This document shows positions 39,785 through 49,676 of a DNA stretch of 64,000 nt, one piece after another. The stretch comes from Candidatus Heimdallarchaeum endolithica (GTDB lineage: Archaea; Asgardarchaeota; Heimdallarchaeia; Heimdallarchaeales; Heimdallarchaeaceae), in the NCBI GenBank assembly GCA_021513715.1, contig CP084167.1:2496001-2560000 (forward strand), in the 5' to 3' direction. The notes beneath the pieces are model-generated. The model did no database searches and was not told the DNA's origin. It saw only the letters and a list, made by a program, of their open reading frames with translations. Every line of letters starts with the position of its first letter. Within the stretch, counting starts at the first letter, position 1. Made by a program: the position numbers and the translations under genes.

Positions 39785-41125
39785 ATGAATTTAGAAAATA
39801 ATTTTTTTGCTTTTTTTTTAGCATGTAAATATCGTTTTAAAAATTTAAAAGGAGAAAAACTTCATAATTATCAAGTAAATCGATTGAAAAAAATCGTGGC
39901 TTACAGTGTAAAAAACTCTCTTTTTTTTAAAAAGTATTATTCTAACTATGATATTAATAAAGTGTTTAGTTTACCTACAGTAAATAAATACATAATGATG
40001 GAAAATTTGTCTGAATACAACACGGTAGGTTTTAAAAAAGAAGAATTAATCAATTTTTGTTTAGAAGTAGAAAAGTCTCGTGATTATTCTAAAAGATATA
40101 AAAACTATAACGTCGCCATGTCATCTGGTACTAGCGGAAATAAAGGAATAGTGATAACTAGTCCTAAAGAAGAACGATATCTAAAAGCAGCTTTTTTTGC
40201 TCGATTTCCTTTTCCTAAAACTCTGAAGTTAAATATTGCTTTTATTTTAAGAGTAAGCACTCCTGCATTTAACATTAATAAATTTGGACAAAAACTTACT
40301 TATTTCAGTTTACTTGATCCTCTGGAAAAAATAGTAAATAACCTTAACTCGCTACAACCAAATATTTTATCTGCTCCTCCTTCAATGCTTAATCTTCTTG
40401 CAAGGGAGCTTAATGAAGGAAAGTTGCACATTAAACCAAAAAAAATTATCTCTTATGCTGAAATTCTCTATCCAGATATTAGACAGAAAGTTGAGGAAAC
40501 TTTTGGAATTAGAATTGATGAAATTTATCAAGCTAGTGAAGGTCCAATTGCTATGAGCTGTAAACATGGTTCGTTACATATTAATGAGGACTTAGTAGCT
40601 GTACAAACTCTAAATAAGGACGATAGTCCAACAGAAAAAGGAGAACTTTGTCATCAACTTGTTGTATCTGATTTATATAAGACATCTCAACCAATAATCC
40701 GCTTTGAACTTAACGATATGATTAGAATAAGCGCAGAAAAATGTACTTGTGGCTCTGGATTTAGGGTAATTGATGAAATTGTAGGACGAACAGATGATCT
40801 GCTAGTTGGTTTTAATTCTTCTACAGGGCAAGTGCAGTATATTTTCCCTGATTATATACGTAGAGCTATTATTTCTTCCTCAGAAAACGTGGTAGAATAT
40901 CAAGCGATTCAAACAAGTAAAAATAGATTGGAAATTTCAATACAATTATCAAAAGATGAAGAAGAATTTCCCAACATAAAAGAGATGATAAAAAGGGCTA
41001 TAGAACAAGTTTTTGAAATTTATAATTGCGAAATTCCTAATGTAGTGGTGAAAATTAGCAAGTCTCAACTTCACCCAGTTTCTAAGAAGTTAATACGAAT
41101 TCAAAGGTCATTTTCTATTAGTTGA
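39785..41125 (+). CDS. Adenylate-forming enzyme (F390 synthetase/phenylacetate-CoA ligase-like)
   Basis: SSGTSG, YQASEG, PIIRFELND, GRTDD. Confidence 0.88.
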   Translation: MNLENNFFAFFLACKYRFKNLKGEKLHNYQVNRLKKIVAYSVKNSLFFKKYYSNYDINKVFSLPTVNKYIMMENLSEYNTVGFKKEELINFCLEVEKSRDYSKRYKNYNVAMSSGTSGNKGIVITSPKEERYLKAAFFARFPFPKTLKLNIAFILRVSTPAFNINKFGQKLTYFSLLDPLEKIVNNLNSLQPNILSAPPSMLNLLARELNEGKLHIKPKKIISYAEILYPDIRQKVEETFGIRIDEIYQASEGPIAMSCKHGSLHINEDLVAVQTLNKDDSPTEKGELCHQLVVSDLYKTSQPIIRFELNDMIRISAEKCTCGSGFRVIDEIVGRTDDLLVGFNSSTGQVQYIFPDYIRRAIISSSENVVEYQAIQTSKNRLEISIQLSKDEEEFPNIKEMIKRAIEQVFEIYNCEIPNVVVKISKSQLHPVSKKLIRIQRSFSIS

Positions 41126-41174
41126 AGTTTCTTTTTACTTTAAAACTTATATAGACGAGCATTATTTTCCTTTT

Positions 41175-42437
41175 ATGCGCCGTTATTTATCTATAGATTT
41201 TCTTAGAGGATTAGGAATTTTTTTTGTTGTTTTATTACATCAGCTTGTGTTTCATTATTCTAATATTGTTGAAGCAATTGAAAATCCAAATATAATTGTA
41301 ATCATAGTAGGTTTTCTTTTAGAATTCGGGGGCCTATTTGTTATAATTTCATCTATTGCTCATACTGTTACTAATTATGGAAGATTAAGAGACAATACCC
41401 AGTCTCTCAGAAATGTTTTAATTAGTTCAATTGTTTATGGTCTCTTTTTTTTAATAATGAACTACATTTATTTCCTTGTTTTTGCTCCTGGACTATTGGA
41501 CAGGGAAGTAGGTGAATTTAGGATGTCTATTATTCCTGCGTTAATCAGAAAAGGAGTTTTTGTTCCTCCTGATATAGACCGTTATTTTCACGCAACTATT
41601 TTGGGGATTATCGGTTGGAGTATAATCTTTGTGAATATAGCCCTCTTTTTTATGTTTAGAAAAAATGGTTTACAAAAAGTTAAACGGAATATTATGATCA
41701 TGTTATTTTTAGGAACCTTCTTTACAGTAGCCGGATTATCTCGAATATATCTTTATCCCATATTTAATGGACTTATTGACAATTCAAATTACTTTTCTGC
41801 AATTTTCCTTGGATTTTTAGTAAATAATTATTATCCAATTTTTCCTTATCTTGGCTTCGCTTTCTATGGTTCTATGATTGGGTTAGCAATAGTACATGAT
41901 GAATATAAAAAATATTACTGGAAATTCTTTTTTATTCTTGGTTTTTTCTGGTTGATATTGGGTGTGGTTGGTTATATCTCCTTTGAAGATACAATGCTTG
42001 AACGAGCTGTTGATATGCACGCTGTTTCCTTTGAAGTACTAATGTTAGGTATTTTTATTCTGACATTTCAATTACTCTTTAAACTCATTGATCAGAATGG
42101 AGCCAATGTTAGCCCAAAAAAAGAAAAAACTACTCGTTTCTTTAGACGATTTGGAGTCGTTTCATTTACAATTTTTATGTTTGAAACTACTTTTTCTGAG
42201 TTGATTGGGAAATTGTTTAGTTTAGTTTGGGGAGGGTGGAACACTCAAATGTGGTCATGTTTCATATTTTCATTTACAAATTTAATTCTATGGACAATTA
42301 TTATTTTTCTCTGGGAAAAAGCAGAATTTAAGTACGGGTTAGAATGGATGACTGGAAAATTTCTCTACTTAATAGTAAAACGACCTTCTACAAAAATCTA
42401 TTTGAAGCAAATTCTCTACTTCGAAGGAGAAAAATAA
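41175..42437 (+). CDS. Multi-TM protein, HGSNAT/DUF1624 acyltransferase-like
   Basis: N-terminal RYLSIDFLRG...H motif, YPIFPYLG, about 10 TM segments. Confidence 0.7.
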   Translation: MRRYLSIDFLRGLGIFFVVLLHQLVFHYSNIVEAIENPNIIVIIVGFLLEFGGLFVIISSIAHTVTNYGRLRDNTQSLRNVLISSIVYGLFFLIMNYIYFLVFAPGLLDREVGEFRMSIIPALIRKGVFVPPDIDRYFHATILGIIGWSIIFVNIALFFMFRKNGLQKVKRNIMIMLFLGTFFTVAGLSRIYLYPIFNGLIDNSNYFSAIFLGFLVNNYYPIFPYLGFAFYGSMIGLAIVHDEYKKYYWKFFFILGFFWLILGVVGYISFEDTMLERAVDMHAVSFEVLMLGIFILTFQLLFKLIDQNGANVSPKKEKTTRFFRRFGVVSFTIFMFETTFSELIGKLFSLVWGGWNTQMWSCFIFSFTNLILWTIIIFLWEKAEFKYGLEWMTGKFLYLIVKRPSTKIYLKQILYFEGEK

Positions 42438-42510
42438 TCTCTTTTTTCTAACTTTATTCTATAACAAACAATTAATTAAAGAGCAATGAAAGTTTTTTTT
42501 GGAATTGAAA

Positions 42511-42963
42511 ATGAGCTTTGAAACAAGTTTCTACTGTTATGGACACAAAAATGTCTTGTGTAAGCATTTATCTACACTTGAATTCACTACTGATGACTTT
42601 CTTACATTAAAAGGTGATTGTATCCTTGGGATAAGATCTACTATGAGTTTGATTTCTCTCCCAGAAAAATTGAAAAAAATCATTAGGACTGATACAACAA
42701 AAATAATTGTAAAGATTGAAGTAGATAATCTAATTGAAGAAGTAGTAGGATATGGAAGTTCAAAACTGGAATTGTCAGATAAACATGCAATAATTATTAG
42801 AAAAAGTTCATACACATGTTCAAGAACTCTTATAATTGGAGCAAACAAAGCAGCGATTGATATTTCACGAAATATCGTTCACAAAATGAAAAACCCTAAT
42901 TCTAAAATGAAAGTTACAATTCAAGTGTTTCCAGAAGATAATAAAAGATCAATACACGCGTGA
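42511..42963 (+). CDS. DUF371 family protein
   Basis: GHKNV...H.STLEFT.D..LT.KGDCI, IIRKS, ANKAA.D. Confidence 0.92.
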   Translation: MSFETSFYCYGHKNVLCKHLSTLEFTTDDFLTLKGDCILGIRSTMSLISLPEKLKKIIRTDTTKIIVKIEVDNLIEEVVGYGSSKLELSDKHAIIIRKSSYTCSRTLIIGANKAAIDISRNIVHKMKNPNSKMKVTIQVFPEDNKRSIHA

Positions 42964-43994
42964 ATCTCATAAGGAGCACTTTCTCTTATTCTTTGAAAGT
43001 GAAGAATTTCCTCAATTCTCCAATCTGTTTTGCTCAATTCGTTATTTACTAAATTATAAAGATCTTTTTTTCCTGTTTCATTTTTAACAAACGAATAAAA
43101 ATGTAAAATTGTTCCTTCCTTAAAAATTTGCGTTGCTAGTTGTAGAAAATGTATCGATGTTTTTGGTAAATTCATAATAACTCTGTCAGCTTTGGGTAGG
43201 TCATTAATAATCGTCCTGATATCACCTACAATCGGATGTATATTTCCTTTAAGTTTATTTAATAAAATTGATTTTTTAAGGCAATCAATAGCTTTTTGAT
43301 TAATATCTATTCCATAAATAGTAGCAATAGATTTTTTAGCTATATGAAGAGGGAAAGGACCAGTACTTGTAAACATGTCTACAACAATTTCTCCATCCTC
43401 AACTAAGTTTGCTATCCTATTGTGTTCATCTCCTAACCTTGGGCTGAAATAAGTTTTCTCAACATCTACAAAAATTCTTATTCCATATTCTTTATGGATT
43501 GTTTCAGTTTTTTTATCGCCGTATAGATATTCAATTTTTCTAAGTCTAAATTCTCCTGAGACTCCTGAACTTTTTCTATAAACACTTTTTATAGATGGAA
43601 AGAGGGTGCACAGTATCTTTCCAATTTCATGTTTAAAAGGTGATAAAATCTCATCAAATTCTATAATAGCAATGTCTCCAATTTGGTCAAATGATTTTGG
43701 AATAAATTTATACAAACTATTTGGAATAATTTTCTTTAAAGCTTCAGCAAGACTTTTTGGTTTTTGCTCTTTCTTCTTAAAAGAAAATTCCTCCAATTCT
43801 CCTTGTTTTTTTAGTGGGAAATCGTTGAGAAAGGTCTTTTTATTTTCAATATCGCTTTTTAATGGAAAGAAAAGATAATCTCCTTGTTTTGAAATTTTTA
43901 AGTTTAAATCTAAATAATTGTTACTAATTAACCATCTTCTAGTCTGTTCTCCGTAAGTATAATGAATTTTTAATGCGAGAGAACGAACAGACAT
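42921..43994 (-). CDS. trm5: tRNA (guanine-37-N1)-methyltransferase, Trm5 family
   Basis: SFDQIGDIAII, GEFRLR, YFSPRL, DMF, RVIMNLP. Confidence 0.88.
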   Translation of the reverse strand: MSVRSLALKIHYTYGEQTRRWLISNNYLDLNLKISKQGDYLFFPLKSDIENKKTFLNDFPLKKQGELEEFSFKKKEQKPKSLAEALKKIIPNSLYKFIPKSFDQIGDIAIIEFDEILSPFKHEIGKILCTLFPSIKSVYRKSSGVSGEFRLRKIEYLYGDKKTETIHKEYGIRIFVDVEKTYFSPRLGDEHNRIANLVEDGEIVVDMFTSTGPFPLHIAKKSIATIYGIDINQKAIDCLKKSILLNKLKGNIHPIVGDIRTIINDLPKADRVIMNLPKTSIHFLQLATQIFKEGTILHFYSFVKNETGKKDLYNLVNNELSKTDWRIEEILHFQRIRESAPYEIHACIDLLLSSGNT

Positions 43995-44144
43995 ATCTTG
44001 TTCTCATTTTGTGTTTTTATAAATTTATTTTTATTGAATGAAATTTCTTTTTTTGTGAAACAAATAAAAAAGTGAGAAAAAAAGAGGAAATAGGCTTATT
44101 ATTAAATTAACCCAGAACAAACAGTTTAGATACAAAGGGGAATT

Positions 44145-44600
44145 TTACTCTAGTTTAATTTTTTCTTTTTTAGTTACTTTGATTTCACTAATTGTTGTAA
44201 CTGGATATTGCCCATCTTGATCTTTTTCTAAATATTTTACCATATCCCAAATTGTTGAAAGAAAAATATTTACTCCTATAACTGCTTCCATCTCTACTCC
44301 TGTCTGCGCGACAGTTTTTACTGTTACTTCTACAGTTATTTCTTCTTCTTTAATTTCGTGTTTAAAATCAATATGCGTTATTGGTATCTGGTGACACATG
44401 GGTATTAGTTCTGGAGTACGTTTAATCGCTTGCATAGCTGCAATTTTTCCTACAACTAATGGGTCTCCTTTCTTTATTGTGTGTTCTGTTATTTGTTTTA
44501 TAGTCTCTTTTTTAAGATGAATTTTTCCTCTAGCAGTAGCGATTCTGATAGTATTTTTTTTATTGCTAATATCAATCATGGATATTTTTTCCTTTGACAA
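44145..44600 (-). CDS. moaC: Cyclic pyranopterin monophosphate synthase
   Basis: MIDISNK, KGD, LIPMCH, TGVEMEA, IWDMVK. Confidence 0.95.
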   Translation of the reverse strand: MSKEKISMIDISNKKNTIRIATARGKIHLKKETIKQITEHTIKKGDPLVVGKIAAMQAIKRTPELIPMCHQIPITHIDFKHEIKEEEITVEVTVKTVAQTGVEMEAVIGVNIFLSTIWDMVKYLEKDQDGQYPVTTISEIKVTKKEKIKLE

Positions 44601-45474
44601 AAAAAGGTCTCCTCCTTTCTATTGCTTCTTTAAGCGATTTATCTATATCTTCTCCTATTGGAACTAAGTTGTCAATTCTGTATAAACATGGTTGAAATTG
44701 GAAATCATTTGTTACACGTAGGGTTTTACAATTCATGCAGAAGTTGGTATTGTGAACAGGATTAACAATTTCTACTTTTGCTCCATTTGGTAGAGTATAC
44801 TGTTTTCTTTGATGTAGTTCTCTTATTCTTATCTCAACTGCTTCGTTCTCTAATTTTGAAGCAAGATTCTCCAAACTAACATGAAATTTGTTAAAATATT
44901 CTTTATCTAAATCTATAAGTTCGATTATTTGTAGTGTTATACCCTTTTCTGCAGTAAAATTAATCATTGGTTCAATCTCATTTTCATTTATCCCTTTCAG
45001 TAGAACCATATTTAGTTTAATAGGTGTTAAACCTACTTCTAGTGCAATTGTGATTTGTTTAGCTATCGATTTTAAGGATTTATATGAAGGATTATAGTGA
45101 TATGAGTCACAACTAATGTTTACTCTATTTAAACCTGCATTTTTCAGTTTTTGTGCGTATTTTTCCAATAGTAACCCATTTGTTGTCATGGACAAGTCTC
45201 TAATTTTGTGGTGGGATGAAAAAATTTTTACTATATCTACAATCTGAGGGTGAAGTAGTGGTTCTCCTCCAGTAATTTTAACACTTGAAATAGAATATTT
45301 ATCAATAATCGACAATAGTTTTTTTATTTGATCAAGTGTTAGTTTGTTAGAATTATGTGAAGAAAAACCTTCGTTATGACAATAAGGGCAATTTAGATTG
45401 CAACTGGAAATAACAGAAACTCTTAATCTCGTTATTTCTCTATTGTATTTATCTATTAGCTTTATGTTGATCAC
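44572..45474 (-). CDS. moaA: GTP 3',8-cyclase
   Basis: LRVSVISSCNLNCPYCH, ITGGEP, FCMNC...R...C. Confidence 0.94.
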   Translation of the reverse strand: MINIKLIDKYNREITRLRVSVISSCNLNCPYCHNEGFSSHNSNKLTLDQIKKLLSIIDKYSISSVKITGGEPLLHPQIVDIVKIFSSHHKIRDLSMTTNGLLLEKYAQKLKNAGLNRVNISCDSYHYNPSYKSLKSIAKQITIALEVGLTPIKLNMVLLKGINENEIEPMINFTAEKGITLQIIELIDLDKEYFNKFHVSLENLASKLENEAVEIRIRELHQRKQYTLPNGAKVEIVNPVHNTNFCMNCKTLRVTNDFQFQPCLYRIDNLVPIGEDIDKSLKEAIERRRPFFVKGKNIHD

Positions 45475-45908
45475 CCGTTATTTATAATTTCTATCTTATC
45501 ATCTACAGTAATAGTTCCTGTTTTTAATACTTTGGCAAATATCCCTTCTTCTGGCATTATGCAATTACCAACCAATTTTCTTATTTCACAGCCGTGATGA
45601 CATTTTTTACCAATTTGTGTAACTTCCAACACGACGTTATTTATTTTTATTTTTTTTCCAATTGGTAATTTATAGAGTGTTATTCCCTCTGTTGTTATGT
45701 TTTCAGCAAAGTCACCATAATTAAGAGCTAAACCTTGTTTTTTCATTTTGTCTATGCTTTCTTTTGCCAAAAGAGAAACTTGTCTGTGCCAATCTCCTGC
45801 GTGTGAATCTCCTTTTAATCCTATTTGGGTAATTTCACAACTGTAGACATTAGTTTTCTTTGTTCCTTTATTTTCGCTAATATTTACAGCTTTAACCCTT
45901 CCAATCAT
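45471..45908 (-). CDS. MOSC domain protein
   Basis: GDSHAG.WHRQVSLL, GDFAENI, QIGKKCH..C...CIMP.EG. Confidence 0.9.
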   Translation of the reverse strand: MIGRVKAVNISENKGTKKTNVYSCEITQIGLKGDSHAGDWHRQVSLLAKESIDKMKKQGLALNYGDFAENITTEGITLYKLPIGKKIKINNVVLEVTQIGKKCHHGCEIRKLVGNCIMPEEGIFAKVLKTGTITVDDKIEIINNG

Positions 45909-46029
45909 ATTAAAAATAAGCGTTTATTTTCTTTTTTAAATATTTACTATTTACACTTTTGTTTGTTAAAGAACAAGAATATCTTTGTTGTTTGTTAAAA
46001 TTTATAAAAGGAAAGACGACAAACAAATT

Positions 46030-47238
46030 ATGAGACCTTTTAAAGAATTAATTAGTTTAGATGAAGCTCTAAGGATACTGGATGAAAACACAACACCATT
46101 GTTGGAAACAGAAACAGTTTCTATCCTTGAACTGTTAGGTAGGGTTTCAGCACAAGATGTTGTTGCTGACCTAAATATTCCTCCCTTTAACAGAGCAGCA
46201 ATGGATGGTTATGCTGTTAAAGCTTCTTCTACTTTTTCAGCATCTGACAGAAATCCTGTATATTTGGAGTGTATAGATAAAATACTGGCTGGTGATGTTC
46301 CAAACAAAGAGATAAATGAGAATGAATGTGTTGAGATCGCAACAGGAGCTATGCTTCCAAGCTCTGCTGATGCTGTTATTCCAGTAGAATATACTAACAG
46401 AAAAGGAAATAAAATAGAAATTATCAAAAGTTTTCCTCCTAACGCCAATGTCTCATTAGAAGGTGTGGACATCAAAAAAGGAGAAAAAGTTATTGAAAAA
46501 GGAGTGGTTTTGGTTCCTGGAAGAATAGGTGTGTTAGCTGCTTTAAATATCTCCTCTTTAGAGGTTTATCGTAAACCAAAAGTCGCAATTATTCCAACTG
46601 GAAGAGAAGTAGCTCCTTTAGGAGGCGAATTAAAGTTAGGACAAGTCTATGATATTAACACCTATACAATTTCCTCTTTAATCAAAGATATTGGAGGAGA
46701 ACCAATTATTTTTAATATTGTGGAAGACAAATTCGAAGACTTAGAAAAAGCAATTTTGGAGGCGTTGGAAAAAGCAGATCTAGTCTTAATCTTAGGAGGA
46801 AGTTCAGTTGGTGAGCGAGATATAAACATTGATGTTTTAGAAAAGCATGGTATCATACTTTTTCATGGAGTTCAACTTAAACCTGGAAAACCTAATTTGT
46901 GTGCTAAGGTCAATGGGAAGTTAATACTAAACCTTGCTGGTTATCCTACATCTTGCCTTACAAATGGTTATATTATTGTCTCTCCTGTGGTAAAGAAAAT
47001 GGCTCATCTTCCTGATAGACCAAAACAAAAAGTCAAAGCAAAGTTAGGAAGAAAAATTGTTTCTAATCTAGGAAGACATCAATTTTTTACTGTACGCTTA
47101 GAAGGTGATATAGCTTATCCGGCCTTTAAAGAGTCTGGTGCAATTACAAGTATTGCTTTAGCTGATGGTTATATCGAAATTCCTTATAATGTAGACTTGA
47201 TCGAAGAGGGGGCCGAAGTTGAAGTAACACTGTTTTAG
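46030..47238 (+). CDS. moeA: Molybdopterin molybdo/tungstotransferase MoeA
   Basis: PPFNRAAMDGYAV, IATGA, GGSSVG..D, KPGKP. Confidence 0.95.
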   Translation: MRPFKELISLDEALRILDENTTPLLETETVSILELLGRVSAQDVVADLNIPPFNRAAMDGYAVKASSTFSASDRNPVYLECIDKILAGDVPNKEINENECVEIATGAMLPSSADAVIPVEYTNRKGNKIEIIKSFPPNANVSLEGVDIKKGEKVIEKGVVLVPGRIGVLAALNISSLEVYRKPKVAIIPTGREVAPLGGELKLGQVYDINTYTISSLIKDIGGEPIIFNIVEDKFEDLEKAILEALEKADLVLILGGSSVGERDINIDVLEKHGIILFHGVQLKPGKPNLCAKVNGKLILNLAGYPTSCLTNGYIIVSPVVKKMAHLPDRPKQKVKAKLGRKIVSNLGRHQFFTVRLEGDIAYPAFKESGAITSIALADGYIEIPYNVDLIEEGAEVEVTLF

Positions 47239-47246
47239 TGATTTAA

Positions 47247-47777
47247 ATGGTTAATGAAACTCCTAAAGATAAACATACAGTTAACAAAAACATTCCAATA
47301 AATGTTCAACTTATAATGGTAAGTGATTCTTTATCAAAAGCAGATGATATAACTAGAAAAAGAAACGATAAATCTGGAAATATAGCTAAAGATATGCTTG
47401 AAAAAGAAGGGATTTCTCCAGGAATTATAATTTATGTAGAGGATAACCTTGTAGAAATTCAGAAAATAGTAAAACTAGCAGTTGAAGAAGGTAAAAATTT
47501 TATTATAACTATGGGCGGGACCGGAATTAGCTCACGGGATGTAACTATTGAGGCAGTAAAACCTTTATTAACAAAACAGCTAGATGGTTTTGGAGAACTC
47601 TTCCGATCTCTAACATTTGAACAAGTAGGTACAGTTTCAATAATGACCCGCGCACTTGCAGGAATAATAAAACAATCACTTGTTGTTTCACTCCCAGGAT
47701 CTCCAAATGCAGTTAAATTAGGAATTGATATTATCTTAAAAGAGCTGATGCATATATTGAATTTAATTAGAAAATAG
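47247..47777 (+). CDS. moaB: MoaB/Mog molybdopterin adenylyltransferase
   Basis: VSDS, DKSG, GGTGISSRDVT, GFGELFR, LPGSPNA. Confidence 0.92.
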   Translation: MVNETPKDKHTVNKNIPINVQLIMVSDSLSKADDITRKRNDKSGNIAKDMLEKEGISPGIIIYVEDNLVEIQKIVKLAVEEGKNFIITMGGTGISSRDVTIEAVKPLLTKQLDGFGELFRSLTFEQVGTVSIMTRALAGIIKQSLVVSLPGSPNAVKLGIDIILKELMHILNLIRK

Positions 47778-47789
47778 TGAGATGAACAA

Positions 47790-48197
47790 ATGAGTAAAAA
47801 AAGAGCAACAAATTATGAACGAAATCTGGGTGATAGATTTTGGAAAGAGGGATTCGCTGTTATGCGTGCCCCTTCTTCTTCAGGAACCTCTATTTTTCCT
47901 AGGCCTGATTTACTTGTAGGGTCATCAAAAAAGAAGAAAATCTTCGCCATCGAACTTAAAACAGCAAGACAAGAGACTTTTTATGTTACAAAGAAACAAA
48001 TAAGTGGATTAACTAAATTCTCTGAAATCTTTGGTGCGATTCCTATTTTGGCTATTAAATATGTGTCAAAACGCCTTCCTTTTCTTTTTCTTAAAATCCC
48101 TGACGATTTGATCGAAAGTCGAGGAGAAAGCTACGTTATAAATATAGAACATGTTACTAGGGTTGGAAAAAAATTGGAAGAACTAATTAGTGATTAA
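47790..48197 (+). CDS. hjc: Holliday junction resolvase Hjc
   Basis: ER.L...GFAVMRAPSS...PDLL...IELK. Confidence 0.9.
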   Translation: MSKKRATNYERNLGDRFWKEGFAVMRAPSSSGTSIFPRPDLLVGSSKKKKIFAIELKTARQETFYVTKKQISGLTKFSEIFGAIPILAIKYVSKRLPFLFLKIPDDLIESRGESYVINIEHVTRVGKKLEELISD

Positions 48198-48252
48198 TTC
48201 AGTTTTTCTCTTTTCTTTTTATACTAATTTCTTTATTAAAAAACTGACCAAC

Positions 48253-49262
48253 TGTATACTCAACTCACATTGGTAACAAATAAATAGAAGTGGGTTACGT
48301 GGGTAAGTGATATATTATGAACAAAAACGAACGTAACCTGGAGAAACTAAGAAAGATTGTGGTTAAAAAAGCTTTGGAAGGAGAGAAGATAAAAGAGGTA
48401 GCTCACAAGTATATGGTGAGTAGGAAGTTTGTGTATAAGTGGTTGAAGAGGTTCAGAGAGAACCCTGAAGGAGTATGGTGGAAAGATAGATCTTCCAGAC
48501 CAAAAACTATACACAGGAAAGTAGATGAGGAGTTAAAAGAGAGGATAAGGGAGTTAAGAATAAAACAAGGAATGAATGTGGAGAAGATAGCTTATTTGTT
48601 GAAGAGAGAAGGAAAAGCACTCTCTCAGACGACAGTGACGAAAGTAATAAAAGAGTTAGGTCTTCCTTTATGGGTTAATAGAAAAAAGAGGAAAAGACCT
48701 CGATACAAGAGTTTTGAACGTCAAAAACCTAACGAACTCTGGCAAATAGATGTGAAAGGACCATTCTGGGTAGAAGAACAGGGACAACATCTCCACCTCA
48801 TAACCTTGATAGACGACCACTCACGATTCTGTCTGGGAGCTGAATTCCACCCTTTTGCACCAAAAAAAGAGCAGATAATAAGTTTGCTAGAGGAAGCAAT
48901 AAAAGAGTACGGTTACCCCGAGTCTATACTTACTGACAATGGAGCACTCTTCTCTTCCGTTAGAGGAGGAACAAGTACCTTCTCCCGTTGGTGTCAAACA
49001 GAAGGAATAAAGCACATCAGAGCTAGAGTTTTTCACCCTGAAACATGTGGAAAAGTAGAAAGACTACATGGGACAATCATCCGTGAGATGGAAAGATTAG
49101 GTCTAAAATACTGCAACCCCGACCTCTCCTACTATCGCTCTTACTACAATTTTAGTCGTCCTCACCAATCTCTTAACTTCCTCACCCCAGGAGAAAGATT
49201 TATGAATCACCCCTATGTTTCTCTAGTACCCAAAAGTGTAACCCAAGTCTATTGAGTAAACA
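48253..49262 (+). mobile_element. Complete IS481-family element, 1010 bp, 16-bp target duplication
   Basis: Ends TGTATACTCAA.../...TTGAGTAAACA (about 19/26 matches); TAAAAAACTGACCAAC at 48237-48252 and 49263-49278. Confidence 0.92.
48317..49255 (+). CDS. IS481-family transposase (HTH + rve integrase core)
   Basis: VYKWLKRF, PNELWQID, IDDHSR, LTDNG, GKVERLH, RPHQSL. Confidence 0.95.
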   Translation: MNKNERNLEKLRKIVVKKALEGEKIKEVAHKYMVSRKFVYKWLKRFRENPEGVWWKDRSSRPKTIHRKVDEELKERIRELRIKQGMNVEKIAYLLKREGKALSQTTVTKVIKELGLPLWVNRKKRKRPRYKSFERQKPNELWQIDVKGPFWVEEQGQHLHLITLIDDHSRFCLGAEFHPFAPKKEQIISLLEEAIKEYGYPESILTDNGALFSSVRGGTSTFSRWCQTEGIKHIRARVFHPETCGKVERLHGTIIREMERLGLKYCNPDLSYYRSYYNFSRPHQSLNFLTPGERFMNHPYVSLVPKSVTQVY

Positions 49263-49332
49263 TAAAAAACTGACCAACCACTAAATTTAAAACAGTCTTT
49301 ATGGCGAGGATTTAACCAGAGAAACAGAATGG

Positions 49333-49617
49333 ATGAACACCATGATTACAATAAAACGAGAAATAAAGTCACCTTTCAGTAATTACGGTTTTGAGAAAAC
49401 CAGTAGCCAATATCAGGTGATTTTAACTTATTTAGAAACCAATGATGCAGAAAAGAGAAGAATCGGTTACGCACTTTCCATTCCGAAATTCGATGAATTA
49501 CCAGATGGGCTTAAAGAAATAGTACGCCAAAAATGGTTTTCAGAACAAAAAAAAGAAAACTTTGAAAAAGAATTTTGCGATTTATGTGACAAAGTTTTTC
49601 GTTTTCAACCAGAGTAG
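49333..49617 (+). CDS. Hypothetical protein
   Basis: 94-aa ORF between the IS and pelota; no motif recognised. Confidence 0.5.
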   Translation: MNTMITIKREIKSPFSNYGFEKTSSQYQVILTYLETNDAEKRRIGYALSIPKFDELPDGLKEIVRQKWFSEQKKENFEKEFCDLCDKVFRFQPE

Positions 49618-49676
49618 TTTGTATTCAAAGAACTTATATTTTTCCTCTTAGTTTTTTGATAAGGTGTGAAAAATAC

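Noticed and set aside
44572-44620. MoaA lacking the C-terminal GG motif
   Set aside because: As I recall this is usual for archaeal MoaA, so it is not evidence of truncation.
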